A DNA stretch of 63,868 nt, counting the filler, from Rhabdomonas costata (taxonomy: Eukaryota), in the NCBI GenBank assembly GCA_019059605.1. It is 55 parts of 55 records of this genome, joined end to end, with 100 filler letters (N's around TTAATTAATTAA, not from the genome) between each part and the next. Parts side by side here need not be neighbours in the genome. Positions count along the whole stretch, not along the records: positions 37,223 to 38,285 come from JAHMHO010030611.1; positions 38,386 to 39,448 come from JAHMHO010030612.1; positions 39,549 to 40,611 come from JAHMHO010030613.1; positions 40,712 to 41,773 come from JAHMHO010030614.1; positions 41,874 to 42,933 come from JAHMHO010030615.1; positions 43,034 to 44,094 come from JAHMHO010030616.1; positions 44,195 to 45,259 come from JAHMHO010030617.1; positions 45,360 to 46,422 come from JAHMHO010030618.1; 47 more parts are not named here. One strand, written 5' to 3'. Below the pieces are notes generated by a model. That model searched no databases, was not told the DNA's origin, and saw only the letters and a program-made list of their open reading frames with translations. Positions 37,706-49,460 of the stretch are shown here, piece after piece. The position numbers and the translations under genes are program-made. The number at the start of each line of letters is the position of its first letter. The first letter of the stretch is position 1.

Positions 37706-38789
37706 GTGCCACTCCCGTTCTCCGCTGTTTTGTCCTTGGACGCCGCGGTAGCCGCGGTGGGTTACGCAAATATTTGCCAGAGTAGACAGAGCAGACGAAC
37801 GGGCATACATCTTTGCCTCATCCGGGCCCCACCGCCTTCGCGTGCTTTCCTGTTGCCCTTCCTCTGCTCCCTTGTTTTTCTGGGGCAGGTTGCAAAGATT
37901 CCCAACCAATCATCTGCATGGGAGAACCGGAGAAGGGTCCAAGGGCTTTTCTTTTGTTCGCGCTTACGAGCATTTGCTGCTGTGTTGCTTCTTGTGCAGG
38001 CTTGTTTTCCAATGAAGAAATGGCTAACCCCGGTTTCCGGGGTCTATCATGGTGGAACCCTAGTGTTATGCTAAAAGCGCAACCGCCGTGAAAACGACTT
38101 GTTCTGGATAACCAGAAAGCTCTCGGTAAGCCGCAAAGACGGGAAGGAGGTTGGGCAGCCCCTCGGCCTTTTGCCAGGCCAGTTGTACATCTGTGGTGTC
38201 CGTGCGTTGGATGTTTGCGCTGTGAAGCCATGCCCTGCACCAATGCCATGAAAATCTTTCTGCCCCCCCCCCCTACCGATCAATANNNNNNNNNNNNNNN
38301 NNNNNNNNNNNNNNNNNNNNNNNNNNNNNTTAATTAATTAANNNNNNNNNNNNNNNNNNNNNNNNNNNNNNNNNNNNNNNNNNNNATGTTCCCAGGGCCA
38401 AGAGCCAAGAGCCATTTGGTCTGGCCCTTCCTGTGGGTTGTTTTTGTAATGACGTTGTGGGTGCTGTCGTATATCCTTTGCTATATGCGTATGTGTGTGT
38501 GGCAAAAGAGAAACGAAAGAAGAAGAAAAAGAACCGTTAAAGGTGCACCACAACCGGCCCGGCCGAGGCTGGAAGGTCACAAAACCCTGAACCTAAGGAC
38601 CGGCGACCCAGCGCTTCGGGAGGCTGCTGTATATACAAAAGACGTCAGGCCTGCTGCAGCCTTGCACTCAACCAAACTGTGTTTGCATTGAGCAAACTCC
38701 CTCAGGCCCATCATTAACCACACGCATCAAAAGGACATGGAACCGAGTATACACTCAAAGGCTGGTCACGATAAGGGGGGGGGGCGTAT

Positions 38790-39448
38790 ACCCCTGCGTC
38801 GCCGCAGAGATGGTGCCCTGCCCACAGCACAGGTCCTCACAGGCCACCTCCACTGCGGCCCGCAGCTCGGCCAAGGGCTCCTCCTCCTCCCGGCTGCTCT
38901 CCTCACTGCTGCCACTGCCTTCTCCTCCCGAGGAGGAGCCGGAAGAGTTGGAGGAGGAGTTGTTGTTGTCGGCAGAGCCGTTGCCGGGGCTGAAGGGTGG
39001 CAGCGGTGGCGGGAGCAGTACCACAGAGGCATTGGCCGTGGGCACCGACACGACCTCCCTGGTGCCTCCCACCTAAAGGTCGTCCCCCCCCATACAACCT
39101 CTCATAGTGCAGGAGGAGTACCGATGCGGGCAGCCAACGCCGCACCGAAAGAGCCCAGAGCCGACCCAATAATCCCCACCTCACACTGAACAACACACGC
39201 AAATCACTCCGTTTAATCCCACTTGCTTCCTACACTCCCTAAGCACACAAGTTCCCCAATACTCGCTCACCTCCACGACCAGCAGAAGGGTCTGGGCCTC
39301 CTCCGCGCTCAGATTGATGAGCTCGTCCGGAGAGGGCAGCTCACACCTCAAGCAACCCACCCTTTGGGGCAAAGGCGACGTGCCCTTGGAGGCGTTAAAC
39401 GCACACCGCAGTCCCACAAAGTAGGGCACCCGCGGAGGGCCTCCCTCG
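38790..39448 (-). CDS. Two probable exons of an unknown, possibly extracellular protein with a Ser/Asn/Glu-rich linker
   Basis: ...AEEAQTLLLVVE|GTGAG donor; TTTAG acceptor |VGGTREVVSVPTANASVV...CEDLCCGQGTI. Confidence 0.5.
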
Positions 39449-40852
39449 NNNNNNNNNNNNNNNNNNNNNNNNNNNNNNNNNNNNNNNNNNNNTTAATTAA
39501 TTAANNNNNNNNNNNNNNNNNNNNNNNNNNNNNNNNNNNNNNNNNNNNGGTTGGTTGTGTTTGGGGTTGGGTGGTAGGTAGGTTGTAGGTGGGTTGGCCG
39601 AAGCAGATACGGATATGAGGGGAGGAAGGATGTAGTCCATGGGAATGGGTCTGAGCACCCAAAAAAGGAGGCTCTTTATGGAACCGCCGCTTAGCATATG
39701 GACCCTTCGGCAGTCAGAGGTTAAAGGACACCCAGCTGTTGGATGATGCTTACTTCCAGAACGAATGGCAAAAAGCACTGGGGGACCCGCATGAAGAGAG
39801 GAAGGAAGGGAGAGCCCTCAGCAGGAGAGGGTCAGAGGCGGCAGCCCTTGCTGCCCATCATCTCACAGCCTCTAAAACCCAAAGGGGGGATATAAAGTAT
39901 CATTGTCCCCAGCAACCCCGACCTCCCGCAAGACTTGTCTTCAGCAGTTCTGTGCCCTCACTTGCTCAATGAACTTGACACCCGGATTTTTCTCTGTTAG
40001 TTTGCATGTCGGTGTGAAATGTTTGGAATTAAAAAGCGGCGGGAGGGGCTTTTACTAACGAGACGGAGCTAATTTGTGGCAAATTCTCGAATCCTCAATG
40101 CAGCAGTGGTCGCACTCATCCCTGCTGCACTTGCTTTATTTATTGCGCGCCGCCCTACTCACTCCTCACTCTCAACCCCCTGGTGTGCTGCACTTCATTT
40201 CCTCTCTCATTTGGGGCCGCTTAAAAGGACGTCTCCGCGCAGCTGCGTGCCGGGCTGACCTCCCGGATGACGTCCTCTATGGAGGCCTTCACGCGGGGCT
40301 CCCAGGGCCTGGCCAACACCACGGTGTACCTCCTGGAGTTCGCTGGGCTGCTCGGGCAGCCCGGCGCCGTGGTGAGGGCGAACACCTCCGCCCTGTTACA
40401 GTTAAGAAGAAGAAAAGGGGTAGCAAAGTGACAGCTGTCACGGCAAGAAGCAGCGTGCACTCTCGCTCCAATCTTTCTACTTCCTTTCTGGGCTTTGCCT
40501 GCCTTTGCTGGGGAAGTGACCGGCATCGTAGCCGCAAGCCTCCGCCCCGGCTCCGACGCCAGCAGTAAGGGTCGTACGGAGTCGTACGTCCTCATTTTCT
40601 TACACAAAAACNNNNNNNNNNNNNNNNNNNNNNNNNNNNNNNNNNNNNNNNNNNNTTAATTAATTAANNNNNNNNNNNNNNNNNNNNNNNNNNNNNNNNN
40701 NNNNNNNNNNNTTTGTGTTGGTGTTCCATCCCTGCATCCCTGCATGGTTGTGCCAACCATTCCTGCGATTTTGGAGTGTGGCAGTTTTAGTACCCTTTTG
40801 GTAGCTCCGTGCGTGCGAGAAGATTCCGTGTTTTCCGGGTGCCTATTTGCAG

Positions 40853-41502
40853 GCGAACCATAGAGCTGCAGCGGGCGCGAACACTGTACCTGCAGGCGAA
40901 GGACCTGGTGCAAGGCATGTGCGCCACAGCTGCTCTGCTCAAAGAAACACAGGAGAGGTGTTGGGCACCCCATTATACTGCACAGCATTCAGTCTAGTTC
41001 CGGAGGACTGGAAACGATGTTCTTCCGAAGTTCGGAAAGTCAGGAAGTGCTAAGCTTGGATTGCACTGTTTTGTTATGTGCTGGCATAGCGCACTTTTCT
41101 TCTCTTCCCCGCTAGTTGTTCTCCTACTCGCATCCTCTTTACTGCTGTTCCCCACGCGAATCCTCCTGCCACTACCGCTGCAGACCTTCCTCGCTGCAAC
41201 CCGACGTACCTTGCGGTTATTCATGAGGCCTCCGCGTTGCTGGCGGAGTTCGGGGGGCACTGCTTGGCGATGGCTCAGCAGGTATTGTGGTCTCTTCCAT
41301 AGTTTCTATCCTGTGGCGTACCGGCCTCTCCCATAACACCCCCGGCGGGGTTGAATCTCAGGCCCCACCCCTTCGCTGTTTTTCCTGTGCCCTTTGGACT
41401 CCTGTACCGCATTTTTATTCACAGCTGGCGAAGGAAGCATTCGATGGCGCCGTCACTGAGCTGGACTGCTTGGACGAGGAGAGCTACAAAGAGAGCACGG
41501 TG
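40853..41502 (+). CDS. Divergent 14-3-3-like protein, three exons
   Basis: Exons 40853-40914, 41184-41281 and 41425-41502 give ARTLYLQAKDLVQ|DLPRCNPTYLAVIHEASALLAEFGGHCLAMAQQ|LAKEAFDGAVTELDCLDEESYKESTV; the last part matches 14-3-3 LAKxAFDxAIAELDxLxEESYKDST. Confidence 0.82.
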
Positions 41503-41873
41503 GTATGCCGTACCGATACCTTCGCTCAACTTCGGTAATGCATGTTTAAGTTTCGGGAGCTGACACCAAAGTAATACGGCATTGCAAAATGAAACAGCGA
41601 GAATTGGACGCTGAGCCTAGTTAGGGCGAAGGGAAGGACATGATGGGGGGGGGGAACCTCTCTCGCCCTCCGATTTCATTGCCAGTGGAAATGGCAGCTT
41701 TCATTTTTGAATGCTGGGTGTCTCCAAGGTCGTGGCTACCGTGGGAATATCTTGCTTCCCTTTCTTCTTGGTGNNNNNNNNNNNNNNNNNNNNNNNNNNN
41801 NNNNNNNNNNNNNNNNNTTAATTAATTAANNNNNNNNNNNNNNNNNNNNNNNNNNNNNNNNNNNNNNNNNNNN

Positions 41874-42660
41874 GGTGGGTGTGTAGGGCTGCCTTGTCGG
41901 CGGAGTGCTGCAGCAGAAGATTCACCATGGGAAGGTCATTGTTCTCCACAGCGAGGTGCAAGGGAGGCCGGCACCGGCTGTCCAGGGCATTGACATCCGC
42001 CTTGGCCTTTTTTTACGGTTGTTCTTTCTACGTTGTAGTGCACACTTTGGAGAGGTGATGACTTGACATCACAAGAGAAAGCCAGAAGAAGGCTCGCTTC
42101 ACACTATGCCACATGTCTTTCAAACGGGTCACCGGAACAAGGGTTCTGTTTGTCGGACAGGGCAATGCGTACTTGGACCTCGCAAGGCTATTTCATGGGT
42201 GAGTTGGGCATGCAACTGCCGCAACTTGCGCGACACCCCGCGATTCCAAACGAACCCAGATCCAGTGGCTGACTGGGGTGATCCACATCTCTCTCTCCAT
42301 CACTCCATATTAGTAAATAAATCGTCCGTTCACCAGATGCGCGTATTTTCAATCAGACCCAGCTACCCCCATAAGCACCAGGATTTCTGCGGCTGCGCTG
42401 CAAGGGCGAACCGATGGAACCCGAGCCTGCCCGTGCTCTTGTGTGGCAGTGGTTGTGTCCCGCAACCACACAACGAAGTAAGTGTGACGGAATCGCGGGT
42501 GGGAAGGGGTTGCCTCCAAAAAGAGCTCTGCGATGCGGTGCAGGCGGCGGGCCACGGCGTGGTGGAGCAACGTGCCGTGCTTGACAGACGCCCGCCGCAC
42601 GCTGGCGCCGTGGCGCACAAGGAGCTCCACTACTGGCAGGTGCTCCATCTCCAGCGCGAT
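41874..42660 (-). CDS. Ankyrin repeat protein, two exons
   Basis: Exon 42660-42514 IALEMEHLPVVELLVRHGASV...GTLLHHAV...LFLE; exon from 42006 AKADVNALDSRCRPPLHLAVENNDLPMVNLLLQHSAD. Confidence 0.9.
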
Positions 42661-43065
42661 CTGCACGCATCAAGGGAAGGGAAGCGGGTGGCATTGGAAG
42701 GAAACTTGGAGAACTACGCTCTTGGCCCAATTCGCCGACAACCCGGTCTCGATCGTTGATGGTCGATGAAGGTTGGCTGACCGGCGACACCTGTATACAG
42801 ACGTGCACCTTTGCTAAGATATCCAACGTTCCGTCGTCGAGCCCAAATGATTGTGTGGCTTCCTTTGATTCTTTTCTGCGCTAAGACTGTCCCTGAGATT
42901 TAGCCCGGCCCCCCATAAATGAAAATACAAAACNNNNNNNNNNNNNNNNNNNNNNNNNNNNNNNNNNNNNNNNNNNNTTAATTAATTAANNNNNNNNNNN
43001 NNNNNNNNNNNNNNNNNNNNNNNNNNNNNNNNNGTGTTGGGTGTGGTTGGGGTGGGTGGGTGCGC

Positions 43066-43840
43066 GACCCAATCCAGCATCCACAAGGCAAAGGAGGATG
43101 CACTCTGGTGTACCGGCAGATGATGCCCTGCTTCTGTTTGGACTTCAAGAATGCCTTTAACACCCTGGATCGGCCACGTTGCGCGCCGCCAGAAAGGCGA
43201 CGCGTGCCCCCCCCCCTTTTTTTTTTTGCTTTTTGCTCTTTTTTGCTCTCTTTTTTGCTTTTTGCTCTTTGCTCTTTTTTGCTGTGACTGTGCAATTGAT
43301 TGCGCTTGAGGCAACACGAGTTCCTGGGACCTCTTGGGCGGGTTCCCAGGCAGGTTCGATTCGCTCCCTGGGGTTGGCGCTTGAGAGAGTGGAACCCGCA
43401 GCTGCAGCTGTTGGCTTGAAATTGAACAGGGCCAAGTGCAAGCTTCTGGGGCCTGCTACACCGCCAGCGCTACATGACATTCCCTGGGTCCCCTGGACCT
43501 CTGGCGTGGACATCATGGGGTGACCATTGGACACGCGCGCCTTTTGTCAAAGCTGAGCTTAACCACGTATTTATTAAACTGCAGGCCGCTCTCGAAAAAG
43601 TGTCCTGCCTGGGGGACCCTCAGGCCGCCTCTCACATCCTCCGCAGTTGTTTTTGTCCTCAGGCGCAGCAAAAGTTATACACCTGCTTCGCACGGCTTCG
43701 TACGACGAATGTGCTGCCTTCGCTGAGCGTGTTCGGGACTTACTGGTTGAATCCTGGAGCAATATTCTTGGAGTTGGGCTTCATGGCGCTAACTGGTCGC
43801 TTGCGTCGCTTCCAGTGCGGTTGGGCTAGTTTGGCGCCCA
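43066..43840 (+). mobile_element. Decayed non-LTR retrotransposon reverse transcriptase (CRE-clade-like)
   Basis: LDFKNAFNTLDR; VGLKLNRAKC; GVDIMG*PL; DPQAASHILRSC; KVIHLLRT; WSLASLPVRLG. Stops and frameshifts; central RT motifs are missing and a (T)nGC tract occupies 43217-43283. Confidence 0.88.
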
Positions 43841-44254
43841 GTCGTGCTTCACCCCCAAGCGGCCATTGCGTTTTTTCTATCCTCGGCGTCCGGTCGTGCC
43901 TGGCTTCCATTCACTCGATTCACTCGGCTTCCGCACAGTCATCATGAGCTGTGGTAAGGGCGGGCGTGCGGTGTGTTCTCCCCCCCCCCGGCTCCTTGTC
44001 ATTCGTCGGCATCCTATTTCTTATCGTCATCAGCCCCGGGTATTTTCTTTACATCTTGGTCTTGGGATTGTGTTTGCTTGTGAAACAAGTGCATNNNNNN
44101 NNNNNNNNNNNNNNNNNNNNNNNNNNNNNNNNNNNNNNTTAATTAATTAANNNNNNNNNNNNNNNNNNNNNNNNNNNNNNNNNNNNNNNNNNNNGTCTTA
44201 GCATAATGACTGTTGTTTTCATCCTACCAGGTAACGCACTGTGCAGAACGTCTA

Positions 44255-45259
44255 CAGACCAGTGGAAACTACATTAATGAACGTTTTTCGCACGATGCCC
44301 CACACAATTTACACGATGCCCCAACTACGTAAAAGGCTATAAACATATAGCCCTTTTATACAATGCTGGGCATCGTGAAAAGTGCGGGCAACGTGGTGGG
44401 CATCGCTCAAAACAGGCGGGGCATCGTGTAAATTGTCATGGGCATCGTTTGGGCATCGTGACAAATCGAATTCTTGTCATAAGAAAACGTGATTTTGCAG
44501 AAAATTAGGGTTGAGTGATGACTGTATTTTTCTCATTATGCATATTTTGTGTGGTTTTTTGCCTTCATTACCGCTTTTTCTAAGGTTTTCTTACAGGGCC
44601 TTTCCTGAGCATTTTTCGTCATCTATGGTGATTACCTCTTTCCGTCGGGCGTTGGCTGCTTTCCTTATATTGAGCGGTACTTCGTACAGAACCATCTCCG
44701 CCAAGTGTGGCATCTCTCTCGGCTCCGTTGCCCTCATTAAAAAGAAGCTTTTGCAAAAATCACCTGTTACCAGCTTCCCGAAGCCAGCTGGTCGCCACCG
44801 TAAGCTTGGGGCTCGAGAGAGGCGCCTGCTCATCCGAGCAGTGGGGAAAATGAGGAAAATGAATGTAAATTTTTCGGTTCGCCAACTGGCGAAAGAATGC
44901 GGCCTGCTGTCATGCGTCTCGCTGTCCACCCTATATCGGGAAATGCATCGAGGTGGTCTGCAGTGGAGCAATTTGCGCAGGAAAGGAATTCTATCCGCCC
45001 AAGACCGAAAAAAGCGCCTCGCTTGGTGCCAAAAGCACAAGCATCTCCCAGCTTCGTTTTGGGAAAACGTCGGTCTTTACCTGGATTGCGTGAGCTTTGT
45101 GCACAAAACGAGGCCAAAAGAATCAGGATGTGTCACGAAATCAAAGGCGTGGCTCAAAAAATCTGAAAAGCTTTCTGTGACTGCCAGGGGTCGCCACGAG
45201 CACGAATCCAAGTCAAAGGTTCTTCACCTCGTTGTTGCTATCTCTTATGGTTCTGGGCT
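44255..45259 (+). mobile_element. IS630/Tc1/mariner-superfamily DNA transposon: left end and 5' part of transposase
   Basis: Putative TA|CAG terminus at 44253-44257, subterminal repeats, and an uninterrupted ORF from ATG 44625 with two HTHs, GRHRKL linker, DRKKRLAWC and FWENVGLYLD (first catalytic Asp). Confidence 0.9.
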
Positions 45260-45359
45260 NNNNNNNNNNNNNNNNNNNNNNNNNNNNNNNNNNNNNNNNN
45301 NNNTTAATTAATTAANNNNNNNNNNNNNNNNNNNNNNNNNNNNNNNNNNNNNNNNNNNN

Positions 45360-46422
45360 GTGTGGGTTTGGTGGGAGTTCACAGACATTACGCAGGCAAT
45401 AGTTAAACAGCTATGCGAACAAAACTTGGTCGAGCTCAGCACTCAGGTCTGCGTCGCATGCCCAGGGTACCTTTTTGTTGGGAACGACAACCAGATCATC
45501 CCCAAGACAGAAAAGAAGATCATCTTCATCTCCGCTGCGGGGATCAACTTCAACTTTGGTCCCTCTTCCTGCAAGGAGCGCAGCAAGTACTTCTACTCAG
45601 ACAGCAAGGGGTTCATTGTTGGCCGTCGCGAGAAGCTCAAGGAAAGGCTTCGCCAAATGTACCACGTCCTTTTTAAGGCATGTGCTGAGTACAAGGTGAC
45701 GCACCCCACAGCCATCGGGATTGGTCTTGGAATGTTTCTTGGTGAGATTGAGAGATGCGCGGTGATGAGGCTGTACCATGAAGCTATTTTTGAGCTCCTT
45801 TCTGCAGAAGGCATGCATTTTTCGTTTTCCTTTTTCCAATCTTTTGTTTTTAACCCCTCAGTCCTCATTCTGCGCTCTCTGTCTCTCTCTCTCTCTCGTG
45901 TTGTTGCTTCACCATGCAGACTACCGGTTCCACGCCTTTTTCTTGAACCCCGGACCGGGTACCCCTGTTGCTGAATCTCTCCGGCTTACTCGGAAGTACA
46001 CCTTCAAATGCAAGGTCGTCCTTCACTCCCGTGATGGAAAAGCGTTGGTGGCGAACTTGGCGAAGGCAGGTTTTGACGCGGCCTATATTTACCCCTCCGA
46101 TTTTGTGGCTGTAATACAAGGCTGTGCGGGGAATCGCTGGGCCTATGGCACTGGCCCTAGCTACACCGCTAGCGAGGATCTTGTGGCAACTTCCACTGCT
46201 ATCTTGGCTCGGTCGAACATCTGCTCCCTCTGGGGAGCCGCGGAGGACCGGAAGGAGTCCCGAGATGCCGCGCTTAAAAGGATCCTTTCAATTCCCGCTC
46301 CCACTCCCAATGTCACTGCCACTCCCGCTCCCGCTCCCTCGCTGCAGATCTGCCACACCCAGAGTTTTATCAGTGCTCGTGTTAACGACAAGGATCCATT
46401 GTTTCCGCTGCTCCCCAACCTC
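45360..46422 (+). CDS. Macrodomain-like protein (paralogue 1), two exons
   Basis: Exons to 45810 and from 45920, GC-AG intron. FISAAGINF...LRQMYHVLFKAC...PTAIGIGLGMFLG resembles the macro-fold GxGxF loop; YPSD...QGCAGNRW...EDLVATSTAILARSNICSLWG is shared with 57298-58052. Confidence 0.6.
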
Positions 46423-47499
46423 NNNNNNNNNNNNNNNNNNNNNNNNNNNNNNNNNNNNNNNNNNNNTTAATTAATTAANNNNNNNNNNNNNNNNNNNNNN
46501 NNNNNNNNNNNNNNNNNNNNNNGGGTTGTGGGTCGTAGACTTGGACAGTGTACCATCATGAGAAAACACACCAACAACAGGCAAGCACTCCAGCAAAGTA
46601 CAGCGAGGACCAGAGCAGGATACATTGTGGGACCACGACCAGGAACAGCGATCCGCTTTGCAAAGCTGGGGTGTCGAACGGAATTATCTGCATTGCGCTG
46701 ACATTCCATTACAACCTACTGTGACACAGCTTTCCCTGTTGTTGGTGTGTTTTCTCATGATGGTACACTGTCCAAGTCTACGGCCCACTTCCACTCACAA
46801 GGAACACGATGCCTTGGATCAAAGCCTGTACGTTACACTTGCTTTGCTCTAGCACTTTGTTGCTTCTGCACGCGCTAGCAGTGGTGTGATTTCAGCTTCT
46901 CCATCCTTTGGCTGCAGGGCAGGGGGCCTTTGGTGGAGAGTGTCCACTATCCAGCTGGATAGTGCCCTACACCATGTAATGTTCGATTTTGATGCTTTGG
47001 ATTCACACTCAGATAATTGCATACTCACTGCCACGAGAAATCAAACACATAAAAACCACCCGAAAACAAATTAGTGCAAAGCAAGAAAAAGCGCCCCGGA
47101 GGGAGACACCACCTCAACGATGGGTTCGCCCTCTTAAGGAATAAGAAAATAATTGTCACGGACGTTTTATTTGGCCACCATCACGAAAAGGACAGGTCGT
47201 TTGTGAAACGCACAAATCAGTGCACAAAAGTCGCACGCAGACAAAGTGAACTGGGTCGTTATCTGAGCAAGTATCATCGTCGCACAAGTCTATACACCAC
47301 AGATGCAGAAAAACGCTTCAAAAAGAAAGGCGTGGATGACATAACAGTAAAAAGTGCTCAAGTGCAAGGAGGCAATTCGGGGCAAGAAGCGAGGAGACAT
47401 GGACAACAGCAACGGAGTAGCATTTGGCGACCACAGCAGAAGTTCTGGATTCTGCTGTAAAAAGGCGTTATTTACATACCAAGGATCGGGTGGCGAAAA

Positions 47500-47585
47500 G
47501 GAGAGCGGGGCCTTACAGCACAAGGCATGGTCGCCATAGAAGTCTTGGAACTGCCCACAGGCCACGCATCTCCGTGGAACAGGAA
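47500..47585 (-). mobile_element. Fragment of the CCHC zinc knuckle of an RLE-type (CRE/R2-like) non-LTR retrotransposon
   Basis: PRRCVACGQFQDFYGDHALCCK matches CxxCG-x-DxxGDHAxxC. Confidence 0.75.
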
Positions 47586-47735
47586 NNNNNNNNNNNNNNN
47601 NNNNNNNNNNNNNNNNNNNNNNNNNNNNNTTAATTAATTAANNNNNNNNNNNNNNNNNNNNNNNNNNNNNNNNNNNNNNNNNNNNGTGGGGTTGGGGTCC
47701 CTCAATATTGTGCGAGCCTTGGGTGTGGGGACAAG

Positions 47736-48584
47736 GCGATTACGTGGACCGTGGGGAGGGGTCCCTGGAGGTGGCGGCCACCCTGCTGGCGCTGAAGGTG
47801 TTGGCGCCCGATTCGATCTTCCTGCTGCGAGGCAACCACGAGACAGTGGACATCAACGGCGCAGTGGAGACATACGGCGCGACGTCGTTCTTGGCACTCT
47901 GCCACGCTCGCCTGGGAGCACAGCTCGGTACTTGGGTCCGTGGGTTCGCGAGTTACAATACCGTGTATTGTGCCATGTGTGCCATCGATTGGAAATCACG
48001 TAATGCAGTATTCTGTCGACGCGATGTGAATTTGCGATGCGATGTTATTTGAATGGCATTGTCAATTATGCGAATTGCGATGTGGTGGTAAGGGATCCCA
48101 AACTGACATGTTGTGTTGTGTTATCGGACTGTAATTTGAAGGCCCCCGCCCGGTAATCTGGGCTACTCGCTCGTGCTACTGCTACTGCTGCTGTGATGGC
48201 AGCTGGTCTGCACCGTTTTGGTAAGGGTGAGGATGATGGTGATGGAGATGCGATGAGCGATGTAATGTGAGAACTCTGAAGTGACAGTTGACATGTTTCG
48301 CATCCTGCTGCCTGTTGCTATGTCGGACGGTCCGGCCCTCTGCTTACCCCATTTCTAGCCTTCTGTGCAATAATAATGGGTAACTTCCAGTTTGGTCGCG
48401 TATGATATGCACGAATGTGAATGGGTTCCGGGTTTGTTCAAATGCGCGGGGACCAGGGTGCAGTACCCCACCGCATCCCTGCATTTCTCATTCTGTAAAC
48501 TTGCTGTGGTAGGGAGTCAGGTGCATGCGGCATTCAACGAGGCGTTCGCGTGCATGCCCCTGGCCGCGGTTGTGGACGAAAGAG
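47736..48584 (+). CDS. PPP-family Ser/Thr protein phosphatase, two exons
   Basis: Exon 47736-47927 GDYVDRG...IFLLRGNHE; exon 48513-48584 [23 protein letters not shown] in frame. Confidence 0.95.
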
Positions 48585-48852
48585 GTCCGTTTCTTCACTC
48601 AGGCTTCTGGTTAAACGAGGAAAACAGTAAGCGGGGACCCACTGTTTTGCGGAGAAAAAGGGAACTGGTTCGAGAGAAGAAACGGACCTCTTTCGTCCAC
48701 AAAACAGTGGGTCCCCGCTTACTGTTTTCCTCGTTTAACCACAACCCCNNNNNNNNNNNNNNNNNNNNNNNNNNNNNNNNNNNNNNNNNNNNTTAATTAA
48801 TTAANNNNNNNNNNNNNNNNNNNNNNNNNNNNNNNNNNNNNNNNNNNNTGTT

Positions 48853-49460
48853 TTACAACTTGCTACAGTTCCCGGGCGCCAAGAGCTGTGCCTCCACTCC
48901 CAGGGCATTCAGCCCCGTAAGTGGCTGCGACGACCTTGGTGGGGTCAGCAGCTCTGGAGCAGGGAACTGTAGCAAGTTGTAGAACAGCACCGCACGGATA
49001 ACCGCGTAGTCCACGTCCCGCATGCGAATCTCAACTTTGGGAACAGCAACACTGTATCTCTGCAGGACTCCGGCGTTGTTACCGTCGGGGGGCGCCAGAG
49101 GACGAGTGAGTAAAGCTTTGATGGAAGTTTCAAAGGTGAAGGGCCCGGAGGAGGACCATGACAGCGTGGGCGACGCCTGAGCATGATGAAGGACCTGACA
49201 TTGAGCCTCTTCAAGGGAGATTGTGTACACCTCTTCGGCTGCCCCAGAGGCCTCAGAAACCGTTTGAAGGTTATTACTCAAGCGAAGGGAGGACATTCGT
49301 AGGGCAACGGTCTCGGGGCTTGAGGGGTGGTGGGGCATTAACATGCAGAGCTGGCTGACGTCGATTTTAATACGGGTCAGCGCAGTGGTGCCCTGAAGCA
49401 CGGCACGTGCGAGCCTTTCCGCCTCGTACGTGCCCAGCATGGTGAGCTCGGCGAAGGGGC
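48853..49460 (-). CDS. VPS13: VPS13-like bridge lipid-transfer protein, internal exon
   Basis: About 200-aa frame after a TTTTAG acceptor; IKIDVSQLCMLMPHHPSSPETVALRMSSLRLSN and VEIRMRDVDYAVIRAVLFYNL resemble VPS13 repeating beta-groove units. Confidence 0.6.
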
